A stretch of 52,457 nt of DNA from Octopus sinensis (lineage: Eukaryota): assembly GCF_006345805.1 (NCBI RefSeq), contig NW_021834145.1:1-52457 (forward strand), given 5' to 3'. Below, piece after piece: positions 22,822 to 34,519 of this stretch (its first letter is position 1; every line of letters starts with the position of its first letter). A program made the position numbers and the translations under genes. Under the pieces are notes generated by a model. That model ran no database searches and was not told where the DNA came from. It saw only the letters and a program-made list of their open reading frames with translations.

Positions 22822-23914
22822 CGTATGTTTTAGTATAGTTTCTATATATAAGCATTATGCACACTGTCACACTGTAACTCTTTGTTTCGTTCTTTTACCT
22901 GTGGAATTCTTTCTGCTACGCTTAGGCGTGGTTCTGCTGTTATTTCTAGTATCTGGGATGTCTTTCATAATGTTTTTCTTTGCTGGAAGAGACAGTGAAT
23001 GAGAAAGGGTAAAAAGAAAAGAAACACAGACTGATCAGAAAGATACAGGCGTTTTATTACAGGTATACTAAAATTATGCATGTTTTATTCTCTCCCTTTC
23101 TCTCTCTTATTCTATCTTTCTCTCTCTCCCTTTCTGTTGGCTTAATTATATCTCTGTCATTCTCTCTCTATATATATACAATATTCTACAACTCTCTCTT
23201 TATATCTCCATCTCTCTCTCTCTCTACCTCTCTCTCTCTCTCTCTCTCTCCCTCTCTCTCTCTCATCTAAGTTAAGTTACGTTGCCGCTTTACATATAAA
23301 GTTAAATATTAGAGAAGAAAATTATTTATAATGGACGGATATGTGTCCTCATCTTTTCTGTTGTTATCACAACTTTCCAGGTTTCATCAGATGTTCTGTT
23401 GGAATATATACATACATATACACACACACACATATATATATATATATACATATATATACCGTAATATGTAAGATCCAAGGATCAAGGTGTAGGAAAATAG
23501 TAAGCTTCGAGCAATAGTGGAACAATAGTGGTTACTTGACGTCGAAGGTTGTAAAAATCTCCTGTATCCAAGTTCGGTAAACTGAAAAAATTAAAATGCT
23601 GGTAAAATGTTTCATAGTATTTTCCCCAAACCCTTTACGTTCTGAGATCAAATCTTCTCACGGTTGACTTTCAATTTTATTTTTTGTGCCGATAAAACGT
23701 ATTACCAGTCAAGTGCAAAGTTTAAGGCAAGAATCTTGTAAACTTTCCTCAAAATTGCTGGATTTAAACCCTACAACGGAACAGAATGCCATTTAGTGTT
23801 ATGTTATGTCCTCAGTCATTTGCGTGCCAAGGAAACAGGAGATCGGTCTGATGAGTCATACGGCTCAAGAAATATTTGTAATGATGTGTCACATACCACA
23901 GGACGATATAATCG

Positions 23915-23990
23915 CAGAACAACGCAAAATGAAGCATTTTTGCTCAAGAACACCACATAGCGCCCGATCCGGGAATCGAAACCACGATAT
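23915..23990 (-). mobile_element. SINE head fragment
   Basis: gtggtttcgattcccggatcgggcgctatgtggtgttcttgagcaaaaatgcttcattt is a B-box-like head followed by SINE body. Confidence 0.6.
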
Positions 23991-24010
23991 ATATTTATAT
24001 ATGCATAAAA

Positions 24011-24041
<31 letters not shown>

Positions 24042-24617
24042 TGTATGTATGTATATCTGGTAAAATTTCTCACGAAAGAAAACCCGGATCTGATATTCTA
24101 TTTTGTTACAAATATGCATTCATGTATAACAACACACCTTAAATGTCCTTAAATTTCTATTTCGGCCACAAACAACTCTTTTCAAATTTCTTTTGTATAT
24201 CACACAAAAGAACGGCCGTATTAAAACTATTATTCACGTCTAAATAAATACAGTAAGTCCGACATACACACCTGCATATACGCACAACTACATTATTTAC
24301 ATATAGAATTATATACATTCACAAATACAGAATCAAATACTCATATTTATATGCATATATACACATATACACAGTTAATTACTTAAATCCTATTTCTTGC
24401 ACAATGAAACATTCATTCAAATAGTGACTCACTATTTCGTTTCAATTTTTTTGACAATTCTAAATCTCAGTTGAAATGTTAGCAGAAACCCAAGTACGTA
24501 TGCATTCACACAAATCCATCAAGTTATCTATCTATACATTCAAACATAGTAAAAAGTGTAATAAAAATAAAAATAAATTATTATTACCAGCGACCTAGCA
24601 CAAAAGACGAATTAGTA

Positions 24618-24847
24618 GGTGTAGGCGTGGCTGTGTGGTAAGTAGCTTGCTAACCAACCACATGGTTCTGGGTTCAGTCCCACTGCGTGGCACCTTGGGC
24701 AAGTGTCTTCTGCTATAGCCTCGGGCTGACCAAAGCCTTGTGAGTGGATTTGGTAGACGGAAAACTGAAAGAAGCCTGTCGTATATATGTATATATAGAT
24801 ATATATATATATATAGATAGATATATATATATATATATATAATATAT

Positions 24848-24909
<62 letters not shown>

Positions 24910-25147
24910 ATATATGTATGTATGTATGTATGTGTTTGTATATGTTTGTGTGTCTGTGTTTGTTCCTCTAGCATTGCTTGACAACCGGTGCTGGTGTGTT
25001 TACGTCCCCGTCACTTAGCGGTTCAGCAAAAGAGACCGATAGAATAAGTACTGGGCTTACAAAGAATAAGTCCCGGGGTCGATTTGCTCGACTAAAGGCG
25101 GTGCTCCAGCATGGCCGCAGTCAAATGACTGAAACAAGTGAAAGAGT
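24618..25147 (+). mobile_element. Full-length tRNA-derived SINE with an expanded central (TA)n
   Basis: Head ggcgtggctgtgtggtaagtagcttgc...gggttcagtcccactgc, a microsatellite at about 24781-24945, and tail ggcggtgctccagcatggccgcagtcaaatgactgaaac. Confidence 0.93.
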
Positions 25148-25174
25148 AGTCATTAGACTATGGGTTATTCATAT

Positions 25175-25568
25175 ATAAGTACATTAAAAGGCTTCCAATA
25201 AAGAAGCAAGTGCTAGATACACAAAGAGTGGATAAATTCGTGAAATGGAAAGAAAATGAAAAACGTTTACCATCACAGCCCATCTTGTACTGCAGTTTCG
25301 TCTTTTTTTTAGCAAATGGATAGAATTCATCTGCCAGGGCCAAACTCGTCAGCAAGAAGCCTTTAAAATCCAAGCTATACATATCGCTAGAAGTACATCT
25401 AACGATTTGTATACTCTAACTTTTCAGACCAGTGCGCAGACGCAAACGCAAACAGAGCATACCGGTAAAATTTAAGAGCAAATTTATCGAGCAAAATTTA
25501 AAACATAGTAAAAAGGGTAATAAAAATAAGCACTTGCTTCTTTATTGGAAGCCTTTTAATGTACTTAT
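25175..25568. mobile_element. 394 bp non-coding element bounded by perfect 40 bp inverted repeats and containing a hammerhead
   Basis: ataagtacattaaaaggcttccaataaagaagcaagtgct (25175-25214) is the exact reverse complement of 25529-25568. Confidence 0.65.
25283..25357 (-). ncRNA. Canonical type I hammerhead ribozyme
   Basis: tcttg CTGACGA gttt [ggcagatg/catttgct inner helix] agac GAAA ctgcag TA caaga. All core bases are present, with a G10.1-C11.1 pair, a GUA triplet and palindromic stem III. Confidence 0.85.
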
Positions 25569-25590
25569 CTATACATTCATGTATACTGTC

Positions 25591-25640
<50 letters not shown>

Positions 25641-25651
25641 TGTGTGTGTGT

Positions 25652-25713
25652 TCCTCGTTGATGAAGGAAGAATCCTTTTTGGATTAATCCAAAAATCGGA
25701 ACAGATACGAGGA
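25652..25713 (+). pseudogene. Decayed hammerhead motif
   Basis: tcctcg TTGATGA aggaagaatcc...aatc GGAA cagata cgagga. The 6 bp stem I is intact but two core bases are substituted. It resembles the 9038 family. Confidence 0.45.
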
Positions 25714-26635
25714 TAACTATATTTTATGAATTTCTGTTAGCTTGCTTTCCTCGTTTCGACAAGTGGTGTAATAATAAAACTAATAATATTTTATGTGGTT
25801 AGACGATTTAGCCTCTATTTTTCAGCACATTAGCAAAGAAAACTTTTTCTTTTTGTCCCACATTTCTGCGTCCATAACACCTTCCAACAGGCAGGTCATC
25901 ACCTTTCTTTCCCTTGCTGGCTTTGCAACCACAGACCGGTTTCGGAGTATTTCCACCTTATCAATGTGGAGAAGCCGAGTCCAGCAGGCGTCGCTGTTGA
26001 CCATCTGCCAAGCCGGCAAGGGGATGTTGATGACCTCACCTGTTCGCAGGTGTTATGGCATTCAGTGTGTGAGTTTGGTAAGGATTTCAGCCCCAAACTA
26101 GGTGCTACACCCACCAAGATCTTCCAATTATGTGTCACTGCAAAGATACAGAATCATTTATACCATGCTCATAAAAATCAGGGTTTTACCTGTCTATGAG
26201 GTATCACTACGAAAGTCCATACAGCAGTCTTTTGGGGATTTTTTTCTACTGAATTTATTTCATTTTATGTTCACTTTATTATTAATATAAACGGTTTGAT
26301 ACTAAGCAGCTATCAGAACATCTATTTTAGTATATTTTCATTAGTTCAGCTGATACATTACCTATATTCAACTTTTATTTGCACAGATTATGTATCCCTT
26401 CATTTGACAATCAATTTTAGGTTTTTGGTCTGCTCTCATCACTTATTCTATGTATGTATTATACACCTGTCTTCTTGCCTTCTTAACTATTATACATACA
26501 TACATTCATGAAGACCATCAAATCCTTGAAAATTGTCAATTAATTTGGAGCAGAGATTTTTCCAAATTCCGGATATGAGTATCAGAAAACACCTTTTCAA
26601 GTCTGTATACAAACAGTTTCTTTTCTTCCCTTAAC

Positions 26636-27850
26636 GTCTATAATGAAACGTTTGTCAGTTTGTGTGAGGACTCGATAAGGTCCTTTATATGGTAGTGTGA
26701 GGTGACCCCCACAGAGCCATTTTGTAAGGAGACGTGGGTCCACGAAGCAATGTTGTTCGGGGGGTGCAAATTACTCTGTTTGAGGACGATGTTCGTAGGT
26801 TGAATATTTGCAAAGTACGACCGCATTCGGTTGACGTACATAGATTTTGGTTAGATGTGTCTGTAGGTGCCAGGCAAACAGCTGGCCAGGCAAAGATAAC
26901 GGTACTCCATAAAGTAGCTCAGCGGAAGTAAAACCCATATCCACTTTAACGGAGGACCGACAACCTAAAAGGACGATAGGTAGGTACCCGTGGTGATGCA
27001 CCCAGGGCTGCTTTTAGCTGAAGGTGGAATAGTTCTACCATCCCGTTAGAAGCCGGGTGGAAGCTGGTCGTGTGCAGATGTTGCACTCCCAAAAAGCGTG
27101 ACAGTTCTCGGAAAACACTGAACTCAAACTGCCGCCATCGACCGGTGGTGATCCTTGAGGGAAGACCAAAACAAGTTATCCAGCCTGATACTAAAGCGCC
27201 AACTACGGTCTCGGCAGAAATGTAGACCAAGCGTATGGCCTCTGGCCAACAAGAAAACCGGTCAACACAGGTTAGCATAGACATATATCCACCAATGACG
27301 GGCCAAAGACCAACTAGGTTGATGTGTATGTGGAAATAGCGAGTGTCCGCTTGATCGAATTTTCCCAATGGAGCACGTCTATATTGATGGATCTTAGAAC
27401 GCTTGCACTGAGTATTGGAACGAGCCCATGTGGTGATGTTTTGGCGCATGTCTTGCCAGAAAAAACGCGAGCTGTGATGAGCTTGGGAGAGGCAGAAATT
27501 CCTGGGTGCGATAAGGAATGCAAAACATCGAAAACTATCCGACAATGACTCAGGGGAATGAATGGTCACGGTGATCCGGTGGATACATGGCAAAGGATAT
27601 TACCATCCGCTGTTGATGGGGGTAAGTATTCGAACTGACAATGCGAAAACTCAGGTGATGAGGTGTCAATTGAACTTAGTGAGGTTGGTTGGAAGTCAAG
27701 ATAACCAAATCCAATGAAGCAGGAGTTAAAGCAGAAACGAGAAGTTTGGATTATGCGTCTGCTGGAATATTCTGAGCCCGCAATGTGACGGATGTGGTGC
27801 GTGATTTGGGATATAAAATCGAGGTGACGGATCTCTCTAGGTGAGTATCT
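26636..27850 (-). mobile_element. Ty3/Gypsy fragment: end of RNase H plus integrase
   Basis: YSPREIRHLDFISQ, then HIHINLVGLWP...LTCVDRFSCWPEAI...WITCFGLPSRITTGRWRQFE...TTSFHPASNGMVELFHLQLKAAL (integrase core). Confidence 0.9.
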
Positions 27851-28351
27851 AATTGCTGTAATTAGGCTATAATGACCTAATACATTTGTTTTTTTAATGA
27901 CCTAATAATTATTTATTATCTCAATCTCTGTGATGTTTGTATTTTCATGTTTTCTTTTCCTCTTCCATTAATTTCAGCAAACGCTATGATGTGGTAACTT
28001 TGATGCTGTCCCAGGTTAGTTAACAAATACATATTATATACACTCTAGTATTTTATTGATCTATTTTATATAAATATTATTAAGGTACCAATGAAATAAT
28101 GGGGATAAAGTTAATCACATGTTCTACAAAACCATTGTGTTAGTGAAGGAATTGTATATTGATCATGTTGACGATATTAGCGGCGTTGATAGTCCAACTG
28201 ACCACCACCACTGATAATATCTTTAATGGTCAGATGAAACAAGGTCTTTATGAGATTAACCAAAATATAACGGATATCATGTATACATACATACATACAT
28301 ACATACATACATACATACATACATACATACATACATACATACATACAATTC

Positions 28352-30251
28352 CAACCGACTCCCATTTGGATTGAAGATGAGCCAAGATGTTATCCAACGC
28401 CAAATAGATGAGACCTACCAAGGCTGCAAGGGAGCAATTGGGATAGCAGACGACATCCAAATCGGAGTCGGTTGAATCGGTATTTGCCAAATGGTGTGTT
28501 GAATGTATAGTTATCATGAATGTATAGTTATCATTACATTCCAGTACCCATTACTGGCATCCAGTTTGCTGAATAACTTGGATCCAGCTAATGATGGTGT
28601 GATTTCTTCACGGGTTGGAATTGGATGGTAATCTCGTTTTAATGCCTTGTTCAGATCCCTTGGGTCGAGGCATATCCGTAGGGTACCAGTGGGCTTTTCT
28701 TGGATTACAATTTAATTCTCCCAGTCAGTCGGTCGTGTTACTTTAGCGATTATTTCTTTTTTTCCATTCAGTCTAACTCTGCCTTCAGCTTCTCTTTTAA
28801 TTCTAGAGGCGAGGAGAGTAAACAATTGGCTTGAAGTTGGGGTCGAATGTTATATGGTATCGACATTTCTCAAAACAGCCGACTGTATCGTCAAAGCATT
28901 CTGGGTACATGCTTATCAGTTCTTCTTTATTTGTGATTGGTGGTCGGTCTTTGATAGGCATATCTCTGTCAATCCTGCTCGGAGCTGCTTTCACGTCACC
29001 GTTGATTTACACAATATTAAGCTTTTGACAGGTATTAAGTCGAAGAATTGCAGGTCATTTTATTCTTGTGACATAAAAAGAACACTTGATTATTTTTCCT
29101 TTGTGCGTCCCTGTAATGGTTATTTTGCCCAGTTGTGGAATCCTGCTACTGGGTTCCAGTATCAATCTTTAACTTTAAGTCAATGTTTATACGTTTCTTG
29201 CCTGACTTCTTTTGTATTTGTATTGTTGTGTATGCCTCATTTTTTTCTGGTTGTTACATCCCATCTCATGTACATTTATTGTTCCGACTGCCAAGAATTC
29301 CTCCTCTGAGACGTTTTCTTCCTGTTGTTGGGCATGTATATCTCTTTGTATTCTCTTTCCGCTCCTCTTTGAAAATTGTACTTGTGAGATTTTGTTAGTC
29401 TACACATATTTTACCAGTGCTTGGGCTTTCCACATGCTTTGCAGTTTGTACCAAATGCAGGACATTTCTTCCGGTCATTGAACTCATGCTCTGTACCACA
29501 GTACTGGCGTATACTCTGTTTGTGGGCATGTTTAATCCTATGTCTAGTTACAATATCTACACTGCTTCCTATTGTGTTTGTTTGTAAAGTAAGTAAAGCC
29601 ATTTGTTTTGTAGTGGCTTCGAATGCTCTTGCACTATCTACTGCTTCTATCAACTGGAGAGCGTCCTTACCTATGAGGGATTTCTGGACTTCTTTATGAG
29701 CACACCCCTATATAAGTTGATCAACAATCCTTTCGTCCTTGCCTTTAAATCTGCATTTCTTGGCAACATTCTTTAGTCTGGACAGGAAGTTGTCAATCGT
29801 TTTTTGTGGGTCTTGTTTCAGGCCCTGGAATTCATACCTATTAATTCTATGGTTTGATCTGGGCTCTAGTTGCCTTTCAAATTCCTCTAAAAGTGTGTCT
29901 GGATTATTGCAATACGATTCTGATATGTCCCAACTATTGAATAGGTCTAGGCCCTTCTCTCCATAAAATGATATAGCTTACCTTTTCATCGGCAGTTGTA
30001 CCTTAAAGGAAGCTTTTGAAAGCCAGTTGAGTTTTCTGTTTGAATTTCTTGAACGCTTCCACGATATCATCGGCGTTCCAATTCATGGTTGGATGTAGAT
30101 TCATCTGTACAGTGATGAGGGCTGCCATTTCAGATCCTCGTGTGTGTTTCCGAAGACGAAGTGATATTCAGTTTGTTAAATTTCATGTTTGTTGTGTTCC
30201 TGTTTTGTTGTAAAGGCACGGTTTTCGATTAAATATTTATCGCTGCCACCA
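28352..30251 (-). mobile_element. Ty3/Gypsy internal region: gag, protease region and N-terminal RT, 3'-truncated
   Basis: Gag reads ERIVDQLIWGCAHKEVQKSLI and KKCPAFGTNCKACGKPKHW. RT reads LRICLDPRDLNKALKRDYHPIPTREEI...FSKLDASNGYW...FNTPFGKYRFNRL. Confidence 0.9.
30241..30251 (-). promoter_or_regulatory. Primer-binding site complementary to the tRNA-Leu 3' end
   Basis: TGGTGGCAGCG directly follows the LTR-terminal CA. It matches the ...CGCUGCCACCA 3' end of metazoan tRNA-Leu(AAG/UAG). Confidence 0.8.
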
Positions 30252-30492
30252 TGCTATGCATTCTTTTGGTTCGTGTTGGGATAATAAACAACTCACTGAA
30301 AGCGTTATTATGATTCTACATGTTTATTTACTTGGCATGTTTACAAACTGTATTTGTATAGCGGAGTGATACATACTGTGCGTTTGCGCCTTAGACACTG
30401 TTTACTAGATGCGCTTAACAAAATGGTCCTAATAGTGGGGATGTATTCATACATATGTATACTTACGTATACACATAGATATGAACGTAACA
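30252..30492 (-). repeat. 5' LTR, 241 bp
   Basis: On the minus strand it begins TGTTA and ends TAGCA, contains AATAAA, abuts the PBS and borders a (TA)n tract. No second LTR is present in the window. Confidence 0.75.
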
Positions 30493-30495
30493 ATG

Positions 30496-30605
<110 letters not shown>

Positions 30606-30715
30606 CAAAGTGGAGTTGTGAGGTACCGCACGAATGTAATTATATACGAAAGAAGGTTTGAAAATACAATTTTAAAAGATGTTTATTTAATTTACCGATT
30701 TCACTCTTTAGAAAA

Positions 30716-33700
30716 AGATTGTCAAAAGTAACATTTAAAAGTTTGGTTGTGTTAATTTTTGGTTGTCACAAAATGCTACAATACATATATACAGTCTTTA
30801 GTAACAAGAACATGTTAAACACATCAAAAAATTTAACAAGTTCATTAAAATATTGGGCACAAAAGATTACAACATATATATACATTCTCAAGAAAATGTT
30901 AAAGATAGTTTCTAGAAGGAAGTATTAAAAAGTTCTGTGGAATATTGGTATTGTATCTGTATATTCATACTCGCACAGAATATTGGTTGTCACAAAATAT
31001 GACAATACATATATACATTCTTTGGTAACAAGAACATGTTAAGAACATAAAAAAGTTTAACAAGTTCATTAAAAGATTGGGCACAAAAGATTACAACATC
31101 TATATACATTCTCAAGAAAATGTTAAAGATAGTTTCCAGAAGGAATCATTAAAAAGTTCAGTGGAATATTGGTATACACGCACAGAATATTATGAGTTCA
31201 AAAAGGTTTACATTATAGTAGTAGGGAAGCTCAAACTGACCTGGTCCACCATGTTATCGTAAAAGACTATTTTCTATTTCAAAGGCCACTGTAGGTGTGT
31301 TTGGATGGGGGGGAGGAAGAGTAATGTGGAACTGAAAAGAGCTTCTTTTTGTCTCTCTTTCACACATCAATGATTTTGGGGGGGCTGGTCTTTAGTGGTC
31401 AGAATGGTGCGAGTGCGTGTCTTTGCCTCTGTGTGTATATACATATGTGGTGTGAATAGATGTGTCTGTGTGTTTTTAAAATCTGGTAGGATGGTGTGTG
31501 TATATGTGTGCCCGTTTGTCAACCGTGTGTGTGATTGTCTTGGTGTTGTGTGTGTGTATGTATGTACGTGATTGGCATTTGTCATGGTGCTGTGTGCGCA
31601 TGTGTGTGTATATGTGTGTCTGTATGGAGGTCAGAATTCTGTGAGGGTGTGTGTCTTTGTGTGTGTATATATATGTATACATGTGTTTGTGTGGGGAGCT
31701 GTTTTTGATTGGTCCCAGTGTCCATTGTGGTGTAAATAGATGTGTGGTTTTTTTAATTTGGTAGGATGGTGTGTGTATATGTGTGCCCGTTTGTCAACCG
31801 TGTGCGTGATTATCTTGGTGTTGTGTGTGTGTATGTATGTGCGTGATTGGCATTTGTCATGGTGCTGTGTGTGTTCATGTGTGTGTACATGTGTGCCTGT
31901 ATGGAGGTCAGAATGGTGTGAGTGTGTGTGTATATATGTACACATGTGTTTGTGTGTGTGGGGTCTGTTTTTGATTGGTCCCAAGGTCCATTGTGGTGTA
32001 AATTGATGTGTGTATTTACACTTTGGTAGGATGGTGTGTGTATACGTGTGCCCGTTTGTGTGTGTGTGTATGTGTGTGGTTAATGTTTGTTAGTGTGTTG
32101 CGTGTGCGCTAGTTTGTGTATGTGTTTGTTCGTATGTGTGTCCATGTGTGTTGGGTTTGTCCGGGTGGCGTGTGTGTGTGTTTATATGTTTTGTGTGTGT
32201 TGCGTGTGTTGGTATTGAGTATGTGTTTGTGTGTGTGTGTGTATTTATATGGTGCGAGTGTGTGTCTTTGTGTGTTTGTTTTGGATGTGTGCCTGGGGGG
32301 TATGTTAGAGTATGTTTAGTTGTGATCTGTTCTTTTGAATAAGATTATTTTCCCTATTTATTCGTGTTTGGTCTGTGGTGTTGTCCGGGCATTGGTATAG
32401 TGGGGAAACTAAGAATTTGGAGGACTTATCGTGTGCACAGAAGTCTAAGTGTCCACTAAGTGGTATCTGTCTTGTAATGGGGTCCCTCAGTTGTTACCGG
32501 AGAACTGTCATCCTTTCTCTGAGGGTAAGGCTCGTTTGCTCTCTGTAGACTTCGTGGCATCCTTCACACCTTATGACATTGAGTAAATTTTTGATGCGTA
32601 CGTGAAATTATTTTTTATGATAAAGGTGTGTCCCGACTGGAACTTGTACGTCGATCCTTCAATGAGGCGGATGCAAGTCCTGCAGTTGGAACGACCACAT
32701 TTTTTGACGGTGGGCGGTGCGTTTGTGTTGTGTAATTTTGCGTTGGTGAGTAGTTTTTTTAGGGATTAGGTTGTCTCTTAATGGCCCTCAATGACGAATT
32801 CTTTTTTTATTATTTCCGGGATCTCATTGGGATATTTATCCAGCCAGAATTTAATGGCTTCCAGTCCGTATTCATGTGGGATCGTAGTGTAGAGGTTTAT
32901 TACATCAAAGGAAACGATTAAAGTGTCTTTATCGGTATGTTTGGGGAGATGATTTAATAGGTCCAGGTCATCCCTTACAATACTTGGAATGTGTTTCAGT
33001 ATTGGTTTTAGGATGATATCGATAAAGTTTCTAAGTCTGTATGTTTCACAGCTTGGGCCTGCACTATTGGCCTCAGTTTGAGATCAGTTGGATGTGGTAT
33101 AGTGATGCAGTTTGAAGTGGACTTTTTGCAAGCTTCTGTGATAATTTCACTCTTGTGTATTTTTGGAAGCGCATACAGAGTGCTGGTTTTGCAATTAAAG
33201 TTTGTTATGTAGTCGCATTCCTTTGCTGTTAAGTCATTCCTGTGTTGGTAAATGAGTGCCTAAAATTTGGTCATTGTTTTGGATTGCTGGTAGTCGACTA
33301 CTCTTTCATAGTAGGTAGTAACCTCTAAACGGTGAGATACAGAGTTTTTATATTGCTCAGTATTCATAATAACGACCGTACTACCCTTATCTGCTTTCTT
33401 TATTGTGACGTCATGATTGTCCCGTAGCGTATGGATGATTTCCCATTCTCTTTTACTGGTGTTGGGTTTGGGTTTAGGTTGTGGGAGTTCACCGTAAGGA
33501 AGTATTTCCCTCAGGTTATGGTATTGCGGAGTTGGGGTGAATTTTAGTCCTTTCGAAAGGATTTTTATTTGTGGTGTCGACAGGTTTAGGTTTGAGAGAT
33601 TCACTATATTTGGTTTTTCGGGGTTGGTATCTACCACATGGTGTCGTGGAAACTTATGCCCTTGCAAAAAATGATTCCTGGGGGTTCTTCGATCTGCGGC

Positions 33701-34515
33701 ATTTTGGTGTATGTTGTTCTGTCACCTTGGACCAATCAAAAACAGCCACCCCACACACACACACAAACACATGTATACATATATACGCACACACAAAGAC
33801 ACACACCCTCACAGAATTCTGACCTCCATACAGACACACATATACACACACATGCGCACACAGCACCATGACAAATGCCAATCACGTACATACATACACA
33901 CACACAACACCAAGACAATCACACACACGGTTGACAAACGGGCACACATATACACACACCATACTACCAGATTTTACAAACACACAGACACATCTATTCA
34001 CACCACATATGTATATACACACACAGGCAAAGACACGCACTCGCACCATTCTGACCTCTAAAGACCAATCCCCCCCAAATCATTGATGCGTAACGGAGAG
34101 ACAAAAAGAAGAAGCTCTTTTCAGTTCCACATTACTCTTCCTTCCCCCATCCAAACACACCTACAGTGGCCTTTGAAATAGAAAATAGTCTTTTACGATA
34201 ACATGGTGGACCAGGTCAGTTTGAGCTTCCCTACTACTATAATGTAAACCTTTTTGAACTCATAATATTCTGTGCGTGTATACCAATATTCAACTGAACT
34301 TTTTAATGATTCCTTCTGGAAACTATCTTTAACATTTTCTTGAGAAAGTATATTTATGCTGTAATCTTTTGTGCCCAATCTTTTAATGAACTTGTTAAAC
34401 TTTTTTATGTCCTTAACATGTTCTTGTTACCAAACACTGTATATATGTATTGTAGCATTTTGTGTCAACCAAAACTTAACACAACCAAACTTTTACATGC
34501 TACTTTTGACAATAT
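30716..34515. repeat. Inverted arms of about 0.8-1 kb (30716-31745 and 33730-34515) flanking a Penelope ORF
   Basis: catggtggaccaggtcagtttgagcttccc and neighbouring blocks occur in opposite orientation. The left arm has a roughly 240 bp internal duplication and extra roughly 280 bp (TG)-rich tandem units extending to about 32060. Confidence 0.9.
32290..33700 (-). mobile_element. Penelope-like retroelement, internally deleted
   Basis: IVNLSNLNLS...LSKGLKFTPTP, IKKADKGSTVVIMN and SFDVINLYTTIPHEYG, then a jump to KCGRSNCRTC...NLLNVIRCEGCHEVYREQTSLTLRER (GIY-YIG). The RT catalytic core is missing. Confidence 0.9.
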
Positions 34516-34519
34516 TTTG

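Noticed and set aside
23360-23395. Minus-strand CTGATGA aacctg GAAA
   Set aside because: The base required at U16.1 is A and there is no stem I.
23844-23880. CTGATGA...GAAATATTT
   Set aside because: Stem I does not pair and stem II overlaps the core.
24618-24700. tRNA gene
   Set aside because: A- and B-box-like motifs are present, but the sequence continues into SINE body and no full cloverleaf is evident. The same applies to the other SINE heads.
28211-28250. CTGATAA...GAAA hammerhead-like string
   Set aside because: The core is mutated and neither stem I nor stem III pairs.
31440-32060. Regularly repeated units resembling a CRISPR or spacer array
   Set aside because: The units are about 280 bp, (TG)-rich tandem copies with no unique spacers, in eukaryotic context with no cas genes.
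34295-34345. TAATGA ttccttctg GAAA inside the Penelope arms
   Set aside because: The core is incomplete, there is no stem I, and the paralogous copy near 30900 is further from the consensus.
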